From positions 14,300,784-14,364,783 of the forward strand of contig CM121341.1 of NCBI GenBank assembly GCA_051530055.1: a DNA stretch of 64,000 nucleotides, given 5' to 3'. Of this stretch, positions 1 to 12,085 are shown piece after piece. The stretch comes from Neoechinorhynchus agilis (Eukaryota; Animalia; Acanthocephala). The notes beneath the pieces were generated by a model, which saw only the letters and a program-made list of their open reading frames with translations, was not told the origin of the DNA and searched no databases. Position 1 is the stretch's first letter; each line of letters begins with the position of its first letter. Made by a program: the position numbers and the translations under genes.

Positions 1-480
1 CAATATTTCTGCTCACATCGCTGCAAAACTTAAACTTTTGATTAAACAATGTTTTGATTATCTAAATGAAATTTTACCACGTATTAGTTTATCTTTAAAT
101 CTATCAAAATCCTTATGCATCTTTAAAGTTTGTTCTTCCAAAATTCGAGAATACCTTAAATTATTCTTTAACAATTTAGTGAATCCCTCGAATAATTCAA
201 AAATGGACAATGCGCCCTTGAAATTACGCGTTCTAGGGCACACCTTTAATGTCAACCTTTCACCTTATTACAGATATCAATAAAATGAAAAAGCTTCTTA
301 AAGTAGGCAATAAAGTGGCTAGACGAGCCATGGAACTAGGCTTAAATGCCTCCCAAGCTCAAGCCACATGGAAAACCTGGGGTATTCCCAGCCAAATTTT
401 CTTCTCAAGGGATCGTCGCCTTTGTTCAGTCGTTTTTCAAACACCTGGAGTCTGCCGTTTCCCTGGGCCGGAGAGCTGAA
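1..480 (+). mobile_element. Degenerate non-LTR reverse transcriptase C-terminal fragment (clade unassigned)
   Basis: ORFs 38-283 and 249-479 give LSLNLSKS...LRVLGHTF and a thumb-like helix (ARRAMELGL...WGIP), broken by a frameshift. Confidence 0.35.
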
Positions 481-1961
481 GACTGCTCCAATCGCTTAAA
501 GCGCTGGTTGTCTATATGATTCTTATGATGAATAAATCTTGTTTTGTATAACTCGGTGTGATTCATCAGTCAAGATGGTAGAGCAAAATGGTTACAACAA
601 GGGCGCGGAAAGTTGTTTTCTTGAGCGAGAGCGTGGTTTTAAACACTGTAAATAAAACAGCCAATTGGAATGCTTTTTTGACAGATCAGAATCCCACAAA
701 GAGTGATGATTTGGGCGAAGATGAGGATCATTTAGGGACTCCTTCGCTGCTGATGGCAACAGTTTGCGGTCCTAGATGCAAAGGTACTAGACCCATGAAA
801 TGTCAGTTTCACTCGATCCAGCATGTTCAAATCTTTATTGATAAATTGGTAATTCAGTCAGAAGACTAATATTATTGATCATGATTCCGATGATACTGAA
901 ATAAAGGCCATTTTTACCAATTTAGGAAGAGGGTTTGATCAAATGTTTCCAGCGGCGAGGGTAACAGTGAACAAAGCTAAAATTCAACCGAAGATGATCG
1001 CTTTCATTGATCTAGGATTCGAGTTTATTTTTTTGAGAAAACCCGTGAACGCAAAAATGATTTCCGATTTTATCATTCGCACCTCCGCCGAGCGAGGCTT
1101 ACAGGAGAAGGTGGCGATTAGACCTTATCAATGTGTCATCATGTCACCTTTTTGTCTCGTCGACGGAACATACTCAATGACGAGAAGTGTGGAATCCACA
1201 CGACAACAATATTAGAAACAATAAACAATAGTCGTTTCGAACAAATGTCATCAGTAAAACGATTTCCGGTTGATTTTACCTTCAACGCACACACACGCAA
1301 CGGTCGGGAGCGGATGTACCCGTTAAAAGTATGTGTGTATGTGACATCTCGGCTTCTTTTTTCAATAACATGAAAAACAAAAAATGAAGCTATTTTAATA
1401 GCCGCTATCCACCTTTTTTGAACAATAATGTATTTTAAACTTAGGTTTTGTAGTCGTTCGCCCAATGAACCTTTATTGGAAGCGAACGCTTATTTTGATC
1501 AATTGTATCATCTTTTTAATCGTTTTTTGTCATTCAGACCTGAATTCATAAAAGTTGAATTCCTTACTTTTTAGAACGCGGTTTTTAACAAACGGAATTT
1601 CTAAATTTACAACTGTTCGTTTTCCAATGCAAAAAAGTACAAGCGTGAAAAAAAGTTTTGTCTTTTAAGGTGTACTGCGATTAGTAGCCTTCACGTAAGT
1701 GATTCAAATTAATATGTGTTATAATAATGCGTTTTATTTTTTCCCTGGGTCATTGTGAACATTCAAACCGAATTATAGGCTCTATGAATGTGACTGTTGA
1801 TTTCACGACCCCGCGCGATCTGGGGAAAGTTGAAGGAAATTAGCTTGCACAAGGGGTCCGCTGTAGCTTCTATTCAATGAATGTTTTGTCGTTCCTTACA
1901 AAGTTGCCCAGCATATTTCTTGCCCGTATTGCTTTGGAAATGAAAAGAATAAGAACTAATT

Positions 1962-2678
1962 TTATTGTCGAAGCTTTTTAAAGATATTATGGCAATGGAT
2001 AAACAGCTTAATAACTTTAGTCCATCGCTTCTTTGTCTTATTATCAAATATTGATAAAAATGTTAAAGTTCCAAACACGCTAAATCCGGTAATTACAGAG
2101 TAGGCATTAAAAATTTCAATTATAACAGTTTCAATGCCACTAAGCTTTTGAGTATTATTGGAATGCACAAAACCTTACGGAAAGCAAGATACGAACAATT
2201 TTCAAGTAAAATAAATAATGTTGATCCGCCAGGTTGCAAAAGGAGGTTCTTTAGGTGGAAAGTCACTTTCAGAGTAATGATACAACAGTAATCTAATAAA
2301 AATTGAAGAAACCATAAGTTTTATGCAATCCAATCGCGTAATGCATTGAATCGGGGAAAATGGAACATATTTAGGAGCCTTTCTCTCTTCCTCTTCCGTG
2401 AAATCAGAAACGGACCATTCATCGGTACAGTATACGTTGCTCTTAACTTTAAAAGTTGTGAGTTTCTTTAAATAGTCAATAATCTCCTGAAGCCAGCTCA
2501 CTTCATCTGTCTTAGTTGCATCCTGTCGAAGGCCATCTTGAACTTTTGTTGCATTTAATATCAAACGTTTATATGTTTGATCGTTCAGGTCCATGAAGCA
2601 AATATCACAATCTAGAATAATTCTTATAGCAATATCCCAAAAACGATCAGTAAATACTACGTATTTGAAAATTATCAC
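1962..2678 (-). CDS. Hypothetical protein, possibly two exons (2678-2202 and 2168-1962)
   Basis: Open frames of 158 and 68 aa in AT-rich DNA; no family recognised. Confidence 0.3.
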
Positions 2679-2886
2679 GTTTCAGAATAAACGTACTATA
2701 AAGGAAATTGAAATAGGTGCCCAAAAGGATTAGCAAATACTATTATCTATTTGAAAATTTTCACATTTCAGTAAAAATTTAATATAAAGGACATTGAAAT
2801 AGGTGCCCAAAGGGGATTAGTAAATACAATGTATTTAAAAATAATAACGTTGCAGTATAAATTTACCATAAAGGAAATTGAAATAG
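2650..2886. repeat. Degenerate tandem repeat, about 3 units of ~85-90 bp
   Basis: ataaagga(a/c)attgaaatag occurs three times, and gtgcccaaa...gattag(c/t)aaatac twice. Confidence 0.8.
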
Positions 2887-4259
2887 TGATCAATTGCTTG
2901 CGTTTAACCGTTTACGATTGAAAATGTCTTTTTTGGTTTATAGACGTAACACGAAAACAACAGATACTTAAAAAATGTTGCACTTCTCAGCTTAAATTCA
3001 TAGTAGATATGACTTTTCCTTGTGATTTTATATCTTGGGAGCTCTGAATGTTCGGCGCAATGACTAAAATGCTATGATCTTGTCTCGTTCTATATGAACG
3101 TCGACAAGAAAAGAGCGGTACGAGCACTCGAGAAGCGGTTTAATGGGAACAAAGAGAAGTGAAACCTATTCGGAATGCTGCTACCAAGGGACGTGATTCT
3201 ACTCACTCGAATTAAGATAAAATAACTGCTACGCTTCCCCTGAGTCTTGTAGCGTACCACTTAATATTGAAATTGCCGTTTTTGGGTCACGATAAGAAAC
3301 TATCGTTCCTAGGTTCAACTGATCGAGTCTAGACCTCAGAGTGATGAATTATCATCAACGAGAGGGTGTCACTTTCAGGATTGTGGCTTACTCAACCTTC
3401 GGTTTACACGATTAGACGCTAAATTATTGCATAACGTTTAAGAAATTGTTGATTGAACAAAAAATATTCTGAAAACCAAACATTTATCATATTTCGTAAT
3501 AATGATAAAAATTTATGGTTCGAGGATATCGATAGATTCCTTTAGCTTTGCCAGGTTATTGATTTTGGGATGATTTTTAAGAATATTCTGAGCTGATTAA
3601 ATGACCACCAATAATTCTGAGGAACAATTGAACCTCTGCATACCTTTGTAGCGCTCAAATAAAGAAGTTAGACGCCAACCTTTTTAGTTTGCAAAAAATA
3701 AATCGCGAGATAATTTCTTTAGTTGGGAATGTAAGTCAAAATAAGGTTTTCAGCGCTACTAATACATCATTCTAGGTCAGCAGTCAACTTATTTATAAGG
3801 AAACTGTAACGAAGGCACATTAACAAATTACTTATTGAATTATTATACCAAACAAACTCACAAACTATGGGGAATAACCCGACTTTGAGAACAATCAGAC
3901 ACGTGGGAATGTTTACATTCTACGATTATCAGCGTGTGTATTTATTGACGACTCAAAAACACCGAAGCTGAAGATCTTCGGTAAGTACTCCAACTCAAAG
4001 TCCGGTTATTTTTTAAATTTATCTGCATTTTCTGATGCCTAGTACCATTTTTCATATTGTCAACTGCTTTAAAATTCTAACAACGAGTTATTAGTGTACT
4101 TGAACTCAAAAATACAATATTTTTCACTTAGATTAGGTGTCAACGTTTTCATGATACATCAAGGAGTATATAAGCTGCGCTTAACACTTGAAGATCGTCT
4201 ATTCACGTTGATTCTTCGACTTCGTAACAACGTAAAATTTCAAGGATCAAACAACTTCA

Positions 4260-5176
4260 ATGAACAATCCTAATCGATTAAATAATTTCCAGAATGTGAC
4301 AGCGACAATAAATCCAAATGAACAGACGGCCAATGAGATTGTAAAGAAGCCTGGGAGACCACAAAATCTTCGGTTATTCGAAATTTACGCTGAACTTATT
4401 CAGCGGGCGATTACAACCTTAGCGGAGCAGCGACTAACGCTACAAAAAATCTACAATTGGATGATTAATAATGTTGAATATTTCGCATCAATGATTGTCA
4501 AAAGAGAAATCGATCAGATGAAGGTGAGCATCGCCATGAATCATTTTATCAAATCTCAATAATATCTCAATTTTAGAACTAGATAAGACACAATTTATCA
4601 CATCACGATCAATTTGTAAGGGTGGTTAGCGCCATAGGTTGCAGAGCATCCAATTGGACGTACGATCCAAACAACATAAAAGAACGTCCAGCAAAGCGAC
4701 CTCGTGTTGGACAGGAAAATATGAACGGAACACGTGACGGGCGGAGACTGGGAAGAGGACGGCGAGCTACACAGACAAGCACCGGAGACATTCCCAACCG
4801 GAAGCAATTTGCTCGAAATTTGTATCCACCCAATGAATATAATCAGGTGCCACAATTCAGATCTCAAGCTTATTATCCAATCGCACATAATACATTTGCC
4901 ATGAACTGTAATCCATGGTATCAACCAGCACAAATAAATAACGGAAATTTTCAACAAAATGATCTTGGACAACAGTATGCATTTCAGCACCAAAACAATA
5001 TTATAACTCAAAATACCATGAACACACAATGGGGTTACGATGGCACAAATCGACAAATGAATAATGGAATTGGAATAAATATTACTTACTTTCCAGCAGC
5101 CGCCACAGTACACACATACTATGGAAATTATATTACAAATTTCGGCTATCAAATGGCTTCTCAGAGCCAATATTGA
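4260..5176 (+). CDS. FOXO: Divergent FoxO-like forkhead factor; GT-AG intron 4524-4576; in-frame TAG at 4580-4582
   Basis: YAELIQRAI...QRLTLQKIYNWMINNVEYF, then after splicing KN*IRHNLSHHDQFVRV...SNWTYDP, matching the FoxO domain; Q/N-rich tail. Confidence 0.72.
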
Positions 5177-5335
5177 CATCATAGTGGGAGACTTCAATGA
5201 TCCATCTTTAAAATGGTCTAAGGCCAATGTCAACGCAGTTCAACCTTTTTACTCTTTAACCTATCCCTCTACTCCCTCTTTTCATAATCTCGCTTATCAT
5301 ACGCACTCGTTCTTGGATCTGATCATTTATAAGAG
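5170..5335 (+). mobile_element. LINE apurinic endonuclease fragment
   Basis: IIVGDFNDPSLKW...PSF...SFLDLII motifs. Confidence 0.6.
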
Positions 5336-5344
5336 ACACCTCAA

Positions 5345-5595
5345 TTTCTTGATTCAATTCGATCGTCAGGTGTCTCTTGGACCTGGGCCGAAATCGTTCT
5401 TTTGTTCTCTTTGGGGTCGAGACACTCGGCTTATTTGGTACTGCGGCGCGGGACCTGGTCATCACTGACGATCCGATTGCAGGAGAATCCCTGCTACAAG
5501 ACAAGCCTAGCTGTGCAACGGGGGAACGCTGCATCCGCCCTTTCGAACATTACACCAGGACGGCCGCTGAGTTATTCAGATCGGTGACGTGAATG
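5345..5595 (+). mobile_element. CRE-like element, short 3' fragment
   Basis: FVLFGVETLG...SLAVQRGNA remnants and the shared tail cattacaccaggacggccgctgag. Confidence 0.75.
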
Positions 5596-5816
5596 ATTGT
5601 AAGCTCTTCAAAGCCTTAAAATAAAACTGCCGAGTGGCGAAAAAAATTAAGCTTGTTTCTTCAATCGCAAAATCGAAAGATCGTACACATCCGCGTTTGG
5701 AATATGGATGACCGGTTATAACATTTTATTACTATAAGTAATTGGAAATTTTGTTCAAAATTAGGATTTGCCTCTTTTCTGATGACGGTTATGTTCCTAT
5801 ACCGCAAATGTTTTAG

Positions 5817-6581
5817 ATGCAAGCGATTCGCCGACCTTTACAAAAGCAACTATTCGACTACTTTCTTGTATTGGATTTTGAAGCAACTTGTGACTTAAAG
5901 CCAAAGACGACCAATCCCCAAGAAATAATCGAATTTCCTTGCCTAGCGATTTCGGCGCGTACATTTACTATCGAAAACACGTTTCATCGATTCGTCCGGC
6001 CGATTCACAATAAGAATTTAACCCATTTTTGCTCAGAACTTACGGGTATTGTACAGCAGATGGTCGATGATTCCGATCCTTTGACTGTAGTCTCAGAAGT
6101 AAGTATTAGTACGAAAGTTTTTTATTCGTTGCCCAAAAAAGGAGTTTGAGTCATGGATGAGCGCAAATATTTTTAGAACCAAAAAATCGTTTATTTTCGC
6201 CACTTGTGGAAACTGGGACTTGATGACCATGTTGGCTATTGATAGTTTTCGTTTGCATATTAATCGATAACTTATAGGCTACCTTCCAATTTCAAACTCC
6301 TCGGACTGCCGATTCCTGAGTACTTTAAAACATGGATTAATATTAAAGAGGTATTATTGATCTACGATCCAATGATTTCACTTAATACTTAATTTGAGAG
6401 CTTTTTAAATCATACTGGTACGTATGCTCATGGACTTACGCAAATGTGTAGATTTCTCGACCTGAAGCCTTATGGGAGATTGCATTCGGGAATCGATGAT
6501 TGTAAAAATATAGTAGCCATTATGAAGGAGCTAAGTGATCGGGGATGTTTATTTACTCAATCAAAGGCCTGTGTGCAATGA
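5817..6581 (+). CDS. ERI3: ERI1 exoribonuclease 3 (DEDDh); exons 5817-6098, 6142-6230, 6278-6350, 6399-6581
   Basis: FLVLDFEATCD...PQEIIEFP, TCGNWDL, GRLHSGIDDCKNI; three canonical GT-AG introns of 43, 47 and 48 nt keep the frame. Confidence 0.92.
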
Positions 6582-7475
6582 ATTTTACACAACTGAAAAT
6601 TAATGGAAGTGTACGCGTTTACAAATAACTCTTTTTTGTAGTGACGACGAATACTTCATACACGAATTTCAACATCTAAAGATGAATTGTTTGATTTTAC
6701 TGAAACAACGGTTGTATTCAGTGATTTAAAACACGAGGTTTGCCACTTGTTTATGACACACTTTAAAGATCGATTCACAGTTAGGTGCTAAACTAGTTCG
6801 CCATTTTAACACAAATGAAGTTATTTTTTAATGTGTGAGTTTCTATCAGTCATACAATAGAGTAGAATGCAAATCTAATTTGAGCGGGAAAATAATGCGT
6901 TTGGATCGGTTTGACTAATCTGCTTTATGTGTGCATTTCAGTTTCCTTAATGCTTAGTTCGCGACTTAGAAATAACGAATCCAATGATTTAAGATCTTAC
7001 AAAATCGTGAAAATAATATTGAGGTGAACAACTAAGATCGATTTGCCTCATACGGTTAGGAAAAGCAGCTTAGTATTTCACAATTGTTCAAACATTGTCG
7101 CAAATTCAATGTAGCAAATAGAGTTTTTTAAACCATTTGTTCGAGTTAGAAAAAACCAAGTTTCAGAACCTCTTTTTTCTTATTGCTTAGTACAATACTT
7201 TTGATATCAAGGTTTAAGATAACCGGGAAGCTAAAAGTTCGTGTCTCGTTATAGTCCAATGAGACAACAAAGCATAGTGGATTCAATTACCAATTTGATT
7301 TCGTTGCTGCTGTAAGTTTTCATGTTGAGTTTGAACTGAAACAAAAATAGGAATATGCGCACAACCTGTTATTTAAATCGTGGCACCGGGAACGGAATCA
7401 ATACGCTCGCAACCCTTAAAACTTTGCGCGACGCGAGACTCCCTCTATTGCAGATTTCTTCAAACAGCCCGTGAA

Positions 7476-8815
7476 ATGTTTGTTCTGATTCACGAATCTC
7501 AAATTGCGATTAGTAGACTTTGTCGAATGATCAATATGATTATTATTGTATGTGGACTAATTGGAAACAGCCTATCGATACTTGTATTTGCTCGCAAGCC
7601 ACTTCAAAAATATTCGGTAAGTGTATTCACCATATTGTTGGCCGTGGCCGATAACCTAGAAATCCTGTCAATTGTATTGACAAACTGGATTGATTTATCA
7701 GACGGTACAGAGGATTTTATGAACAAAAATGCGCTCTGGTGCCATTTTCAATCGTATATCGATATGTTCTTCAATGCTTTGTCTTCATGGACCGTAGTTG
7801 CAGTGTCAGCTGAACGATGGGTATGTGTTTATATGCCATTTCAAAAATCGTCAATATTTAAACTTAAAAACACTTTGATTGTAATTACTTGCTACACTAG
7901 CATTGCTACTCTTGCTTTTATGTGGTTTCCGTTTACCGTCAAATTTGAAAAGAACCATAATGGATCAACCAGCTGCGTTTTATGAAGCCTTGAGTGCTCG
8001 AATTGTTTGGGCGCGATCGTTAAGCACTGCGGATGGTTATAACAACTTTCTGTTAGGCTAGCTCTTATTTTGGATACAAGTGTTTAAAAATTCTTTAGCC
8101 GCTTGTCTTTTTTCATGGGACTTTTTGATCTTGAATGAAAACTATAACATTTTTCGGTTTTTATCTCTGAGAGCCACTTTCTATTTGCAATATCCCGGCT
8201 TTATCATCTTATATGTGCGATTTCGCAAATTTCCCGATTTAAACTCTTTTAATCTTACGGTATTTCTACCAAAATCTTCATTATTCACGTTTGCCCGCTT
8301 ATCAATGATCTTCGCTCTAAATTAAAAGCTTGAACACTCAATGCACACACAACGAAAGCCTCTATAAGATCATGGGCGCCTTTGACGTTATTCTTATCTA
8401 CATTGCTCCTTTCATTATTCTTGGAATTCTAAATAGCATGATTTTATTTCGATTGAACAAGCAACGAAACAATATAAGAAAACGCCTATCAGAAGCGAAC
8501 ATTAATGGATTATCAGGATCAAGATCCAGAAACAACGATATGGTAGTCAATGTCATGCTTCTTTCTGTAGCCATAAGTTTTATGATGTTCATATTTCCAT
8601 TTCAAATCAATTGGTTTTTCAATCAGTATGTAAGTGCTATGGGCATGGACGAAAAATACAGGAACACAGAGGAAATCAGATATCAGATAACTTTCTCAAT
8701 ACGAAACATTAATTATATGATAAACTTCATTCTGTACTCGGCAACATCAAGCCTTTTTCGAAGAGAACTCACAAATGCGTTTATAACACGCCTAATAAGT
8801 AAACTCCGTAAATAG
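7476..8815 (+). CDS. Class A (rhodopsin-family) peptide-type GPCR, two exons, junction near 7972/8327
   Basis: GLIGN (TM1), LAVADNL (TM2), VSAERW (TM3), APF (TM5), FPF (TM6), NYMINFILY (TM7). Confidence 0.88.
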
Positions 8816-9029
8816 TGGAAATATACAAAATTATGTGTAAAATGTAAAAACATCCGAATTTGATGGATATAAAAATCACCGTGAAAAGTTACTCTACAAT
8901 AGAGAAGGATACTCCAAAGACGAAATATTAAAACGACAAAGCAAGACCTGATAAATACGAAAAACTGTACGTAGAAAATGGATTATGCGATTTAGATCGC
9001 TAATGTCTAATGTCCATAAAAGTGATTTA

Positions 9030-9430
9030 CCGAGTGCTTGAATGTGTACATGCGAACACGCCATGCGACCATCTATGCGTACGAAGTGCGCAAATATTCG
9101 AAACTGTGTGTGTGCATTCGATATATAAACACACGCCCGCAAATTATGTGTTTTAGTAGTTGCGATCGCGTCAATACCAACGACGTACCCGTAGATATGG
9201 CGTATTCGCGGGACTGCACGTAGATCATTACTTAGCCGTTCAAATGTTTTCAACATTTTGTGTTCATTCGCAAATATTCACGCGAGAATATGCGTGCACG
9301 TCGTATTCGTAGTCCTGCGAGTGATGCGTTTTTGCAGTTGCGATCGCATCGATACAAACGACGTACTCGTAGATATCGCGTATTTGCGGTACTCTGCGTG
9401 TAGATCATTACGTATCGTTCAATGATAATA
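9030..9430. repeat. Alternating purine-pyrimidine-rich region with an ~85 bp unit repeated at ~177 bp spacing
   Basis: ttgcgatcgc...acgacgtac(c/t)cgtagatat...cgtat...tagatcattac near 9160 and 9337. Confidence 0.7.
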
Positions 9431-9439
9431 ACGCGTTTT

Positions 9440-10170
9440 ATTTTTGTTGATTCACAAGGATGAGGACCCATGTGATTTTGGGTTCTCACAAACACACAGA
9501 TATTCGTTTTTTTGTATGTCCGTTCGGGTGGGAACGTTCAGTCGGGGATTTCCGTTCGAGTGGGAATATCAGGTCTTGTTATGTCTGTTCTTGTGGATAT
9601 TGTTTGCAGGAGCGCTTGAAAGGTTGGCCTTTCCTCTGATTCATTTCCGATTATGACACCCGAAAGGATTTGGCAGCATGGAAAAGGAGCGTAGTTATAG
9701 TGAGGTGCGAGGTATAGGACGGGGCGATATGTGGAAGAAATTGTGGTGGTAAGGTTGAGAGGTGTTTTGTTTGTTTTATGAAAATAGTATCAAGGCATTC
9801 GGTGAGGGGGGAAGTCAATTGAAAATTGGATGGATAGCTTTTAAAATACGGAATCGGGTGAAGGGATTCCTAAATGTAGGAGGCGTTTGAGGAGATGTGG
9901 TGGCAGGAAAAATAATGCAATGATACCGAATCAGGTTTAAAGGAAATTTTTATTTTACAAATTGAGATAACGACCAAATGTCCCAAAGTCAAATTATTAA
10001 CGAAAACGTTGTTTAGATTATTGTATATTTTATATGGAGGTATGAGATTCGTATTGCAGATTTGATGTCCAAAATATTTTAATTGATGAAATGATTTTAA
10101 TTCTCTTAATCTATGATATTTACCTTCGCTACGTCTACAATTGAATTTTGCTACTCGTATGAGCATTTTA
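9440..10170 (-). mobile_element. CR1/L2-like LINE 3' fragment
   Basis: ORF2 tail (YHRLRELK...) plus the family 3' UTR and hairpin shared with 36650-37485. Confidence 0.7.
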
Positions 10171-10462
10171 GAATTGCGTGAATCAAGAAAAAACCAGCCA
10201 AATCAAAGCATAGATATCTTCTTCCATTATTGCGCGATGGTTCGAAACGATATTCCAATGATCATTTCGTTGCAATCAAAGGCCTAAGCTCCTTTAGTCT
10301 ATCAATTTCCCCCTTTTATGGCTTACTCAAGTTCGTAGTTGATTGTGATTTGTTGCAGAAACCGAGCTCGTTTCAATCAAAACGAATTCTCATAGTTCAG
10401 AGTTTACCAATTATTACTACAAATAGTACCTTCGTTTTATTGTTTGGAAAATCTAATGGATT

Positions 10463-11454
10463 ATTTTTTTTTCGTAGGAGATATATATTTTTAACGGCAG
10501 CATTGCCTCTTTGTACTGCCAGCAAGATATTTTGTCGAAGGAATACGTCTGCTCTTGAGTCTCCGGTTGCCTATCTCAATTTCGTCGAGAGATCCTGGAG
10601 CAGAGAGAGTGCCGAGCTGCCGAGCGCTCCATACGTCTCTATCCCAAAGGGGACAAAATAGTGAGCCCTCGATAACTGAATATATTTTCCCTTCCGCTGC
10701 ACTGGCGGCACCACCGGCGATTTCGAGGGAGTAGGGGATGTTGCTGGCTGCGAGGGTGCCCACACACGTAGCGTCCCAGAGAAGGCATTTGCCCTCCCGC
10801 CACGGGAAGACTGAAATTCCATCGGGCCTACGGCCGTCTAGTTGACAAAGGTGGGTGGGTTCCAGGATGTTCGGGAAGTTCGCCGTTCTCAACGCCCGAG
10901 TTCAGAATGGCGTGAGAACCTTCCTCCTGACCTTCTGCAGACGAGACCGTGTCGCCCGAAAGCATCAACCAAAGACACACATCGACAGCGATGGGGCGTG
11001 CATATCGGGAGACCAAGTCTTAAGGATACTGCGATCCTCGTTACATCATCAGTAAGAAGAGTCCCCACTGATGCCAGAGGAACAGCCTCCAGCCATGCCC
11101 CGATTCTCGTGTCGAAACTGCCAACAATCTAGCTCGGACGACCCCATCGCGAGAACCTGAAAGTAGAGAGCTGTGAGCTCTCGCGACAAGAGGTCCGTCC
11201 CAGATCGACTGTCTGAGGCCATTCACGGGGGGGCATGGTTAGCGCCTGTCTGCTGGCACAATTCCTCAACCTCCACCACGAAATCCCGGTCAAGACAGAA
11301 CTTTTCCTTCAAAATTTTCTTCGATACTGGTAGGCTCCTCTCAAACAATCCAAGAAAGGCCGACAAAGCAAGGTCCACTAGTGCCCAAATTCCCAATCCC
11401 CCAGATGACACAGGCAAAGAAGCTTGTCGCCACGCCTCATCTGAGAGCTGGACA
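10463..11454 (-). mobile_element. 5'-truncated CRE-like non-LTR element ending in an A-run
   Basis: CCHC knuckle, RPDGISVFPWREGKCLLWDATC, FVPFGIETYGALG; closely similar to the matching part of 45330-48360. Confidence 0.9.
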
Positions 11455-11744
11455 AACAAATTTAATACATTATCTATTTAATTTACTCACAACTTTACTC
11501 ATCAACATCTATAAAATGCTCTTAAAATGTTTTCAAAGCCTCTGCATTAAAGTTTCATTGTGTTTATCTTAACTTCTTTTTTGGTTGCTAAATTTTAATT
11601 GGACATTTAATAGGTAATCAAGGAAGAGATTTTTTTAAAAACATTCAGCGCTAACTGCATTTCGTATACTCTGGTTAATTTATTTTTGCTATAACTTTTA
11701 GGAGGTTAATAAACGCTTATATCAAAAGCCAACAAGAAGGGAAT

Positions 11745-12085
11745 GTTTAATAATACGTTTACTTAATCCACAAAGATTAGGACCCATGAACCTTTAGTCC
11801 TTATAAACACTCGACTTCTGATTGTATAAATGAATCTGGCTATATATTTTGGAATGGATTACCAGTCTGGGCGGTGAGAATATCCGATTGGGTTGGAAGG
11901 TCCGGTCGGGTGAGAATTGGTGGTTATTGTTTCTAGGAGAGTTTTGAGGTTGGTATTTCTGCAGGTTCATTTCAGGTTGTGATATCCGAGAAGATTGGGT
12001 AGTATGAAAAAAGGAGCGGAGTTGTGCTCATGTGAAAAGGGGAACAAAGTGTGGTAAAATTGTGACTGTAGGGCTGAGACTCGCT
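11745..12085 (-). mobile_element. CR1/L2-like LINE 3' end abutting the RTE body
   Basis: Family 3' UTR and terminal hairpin (ggactaaaggttcatgggtcc on the minus strand). Confidence 0.7.

Noticed and set aside
470-510. CTGAAGA hammerhead-like motif
   Set aside because: No convincing stem II or GAAA.
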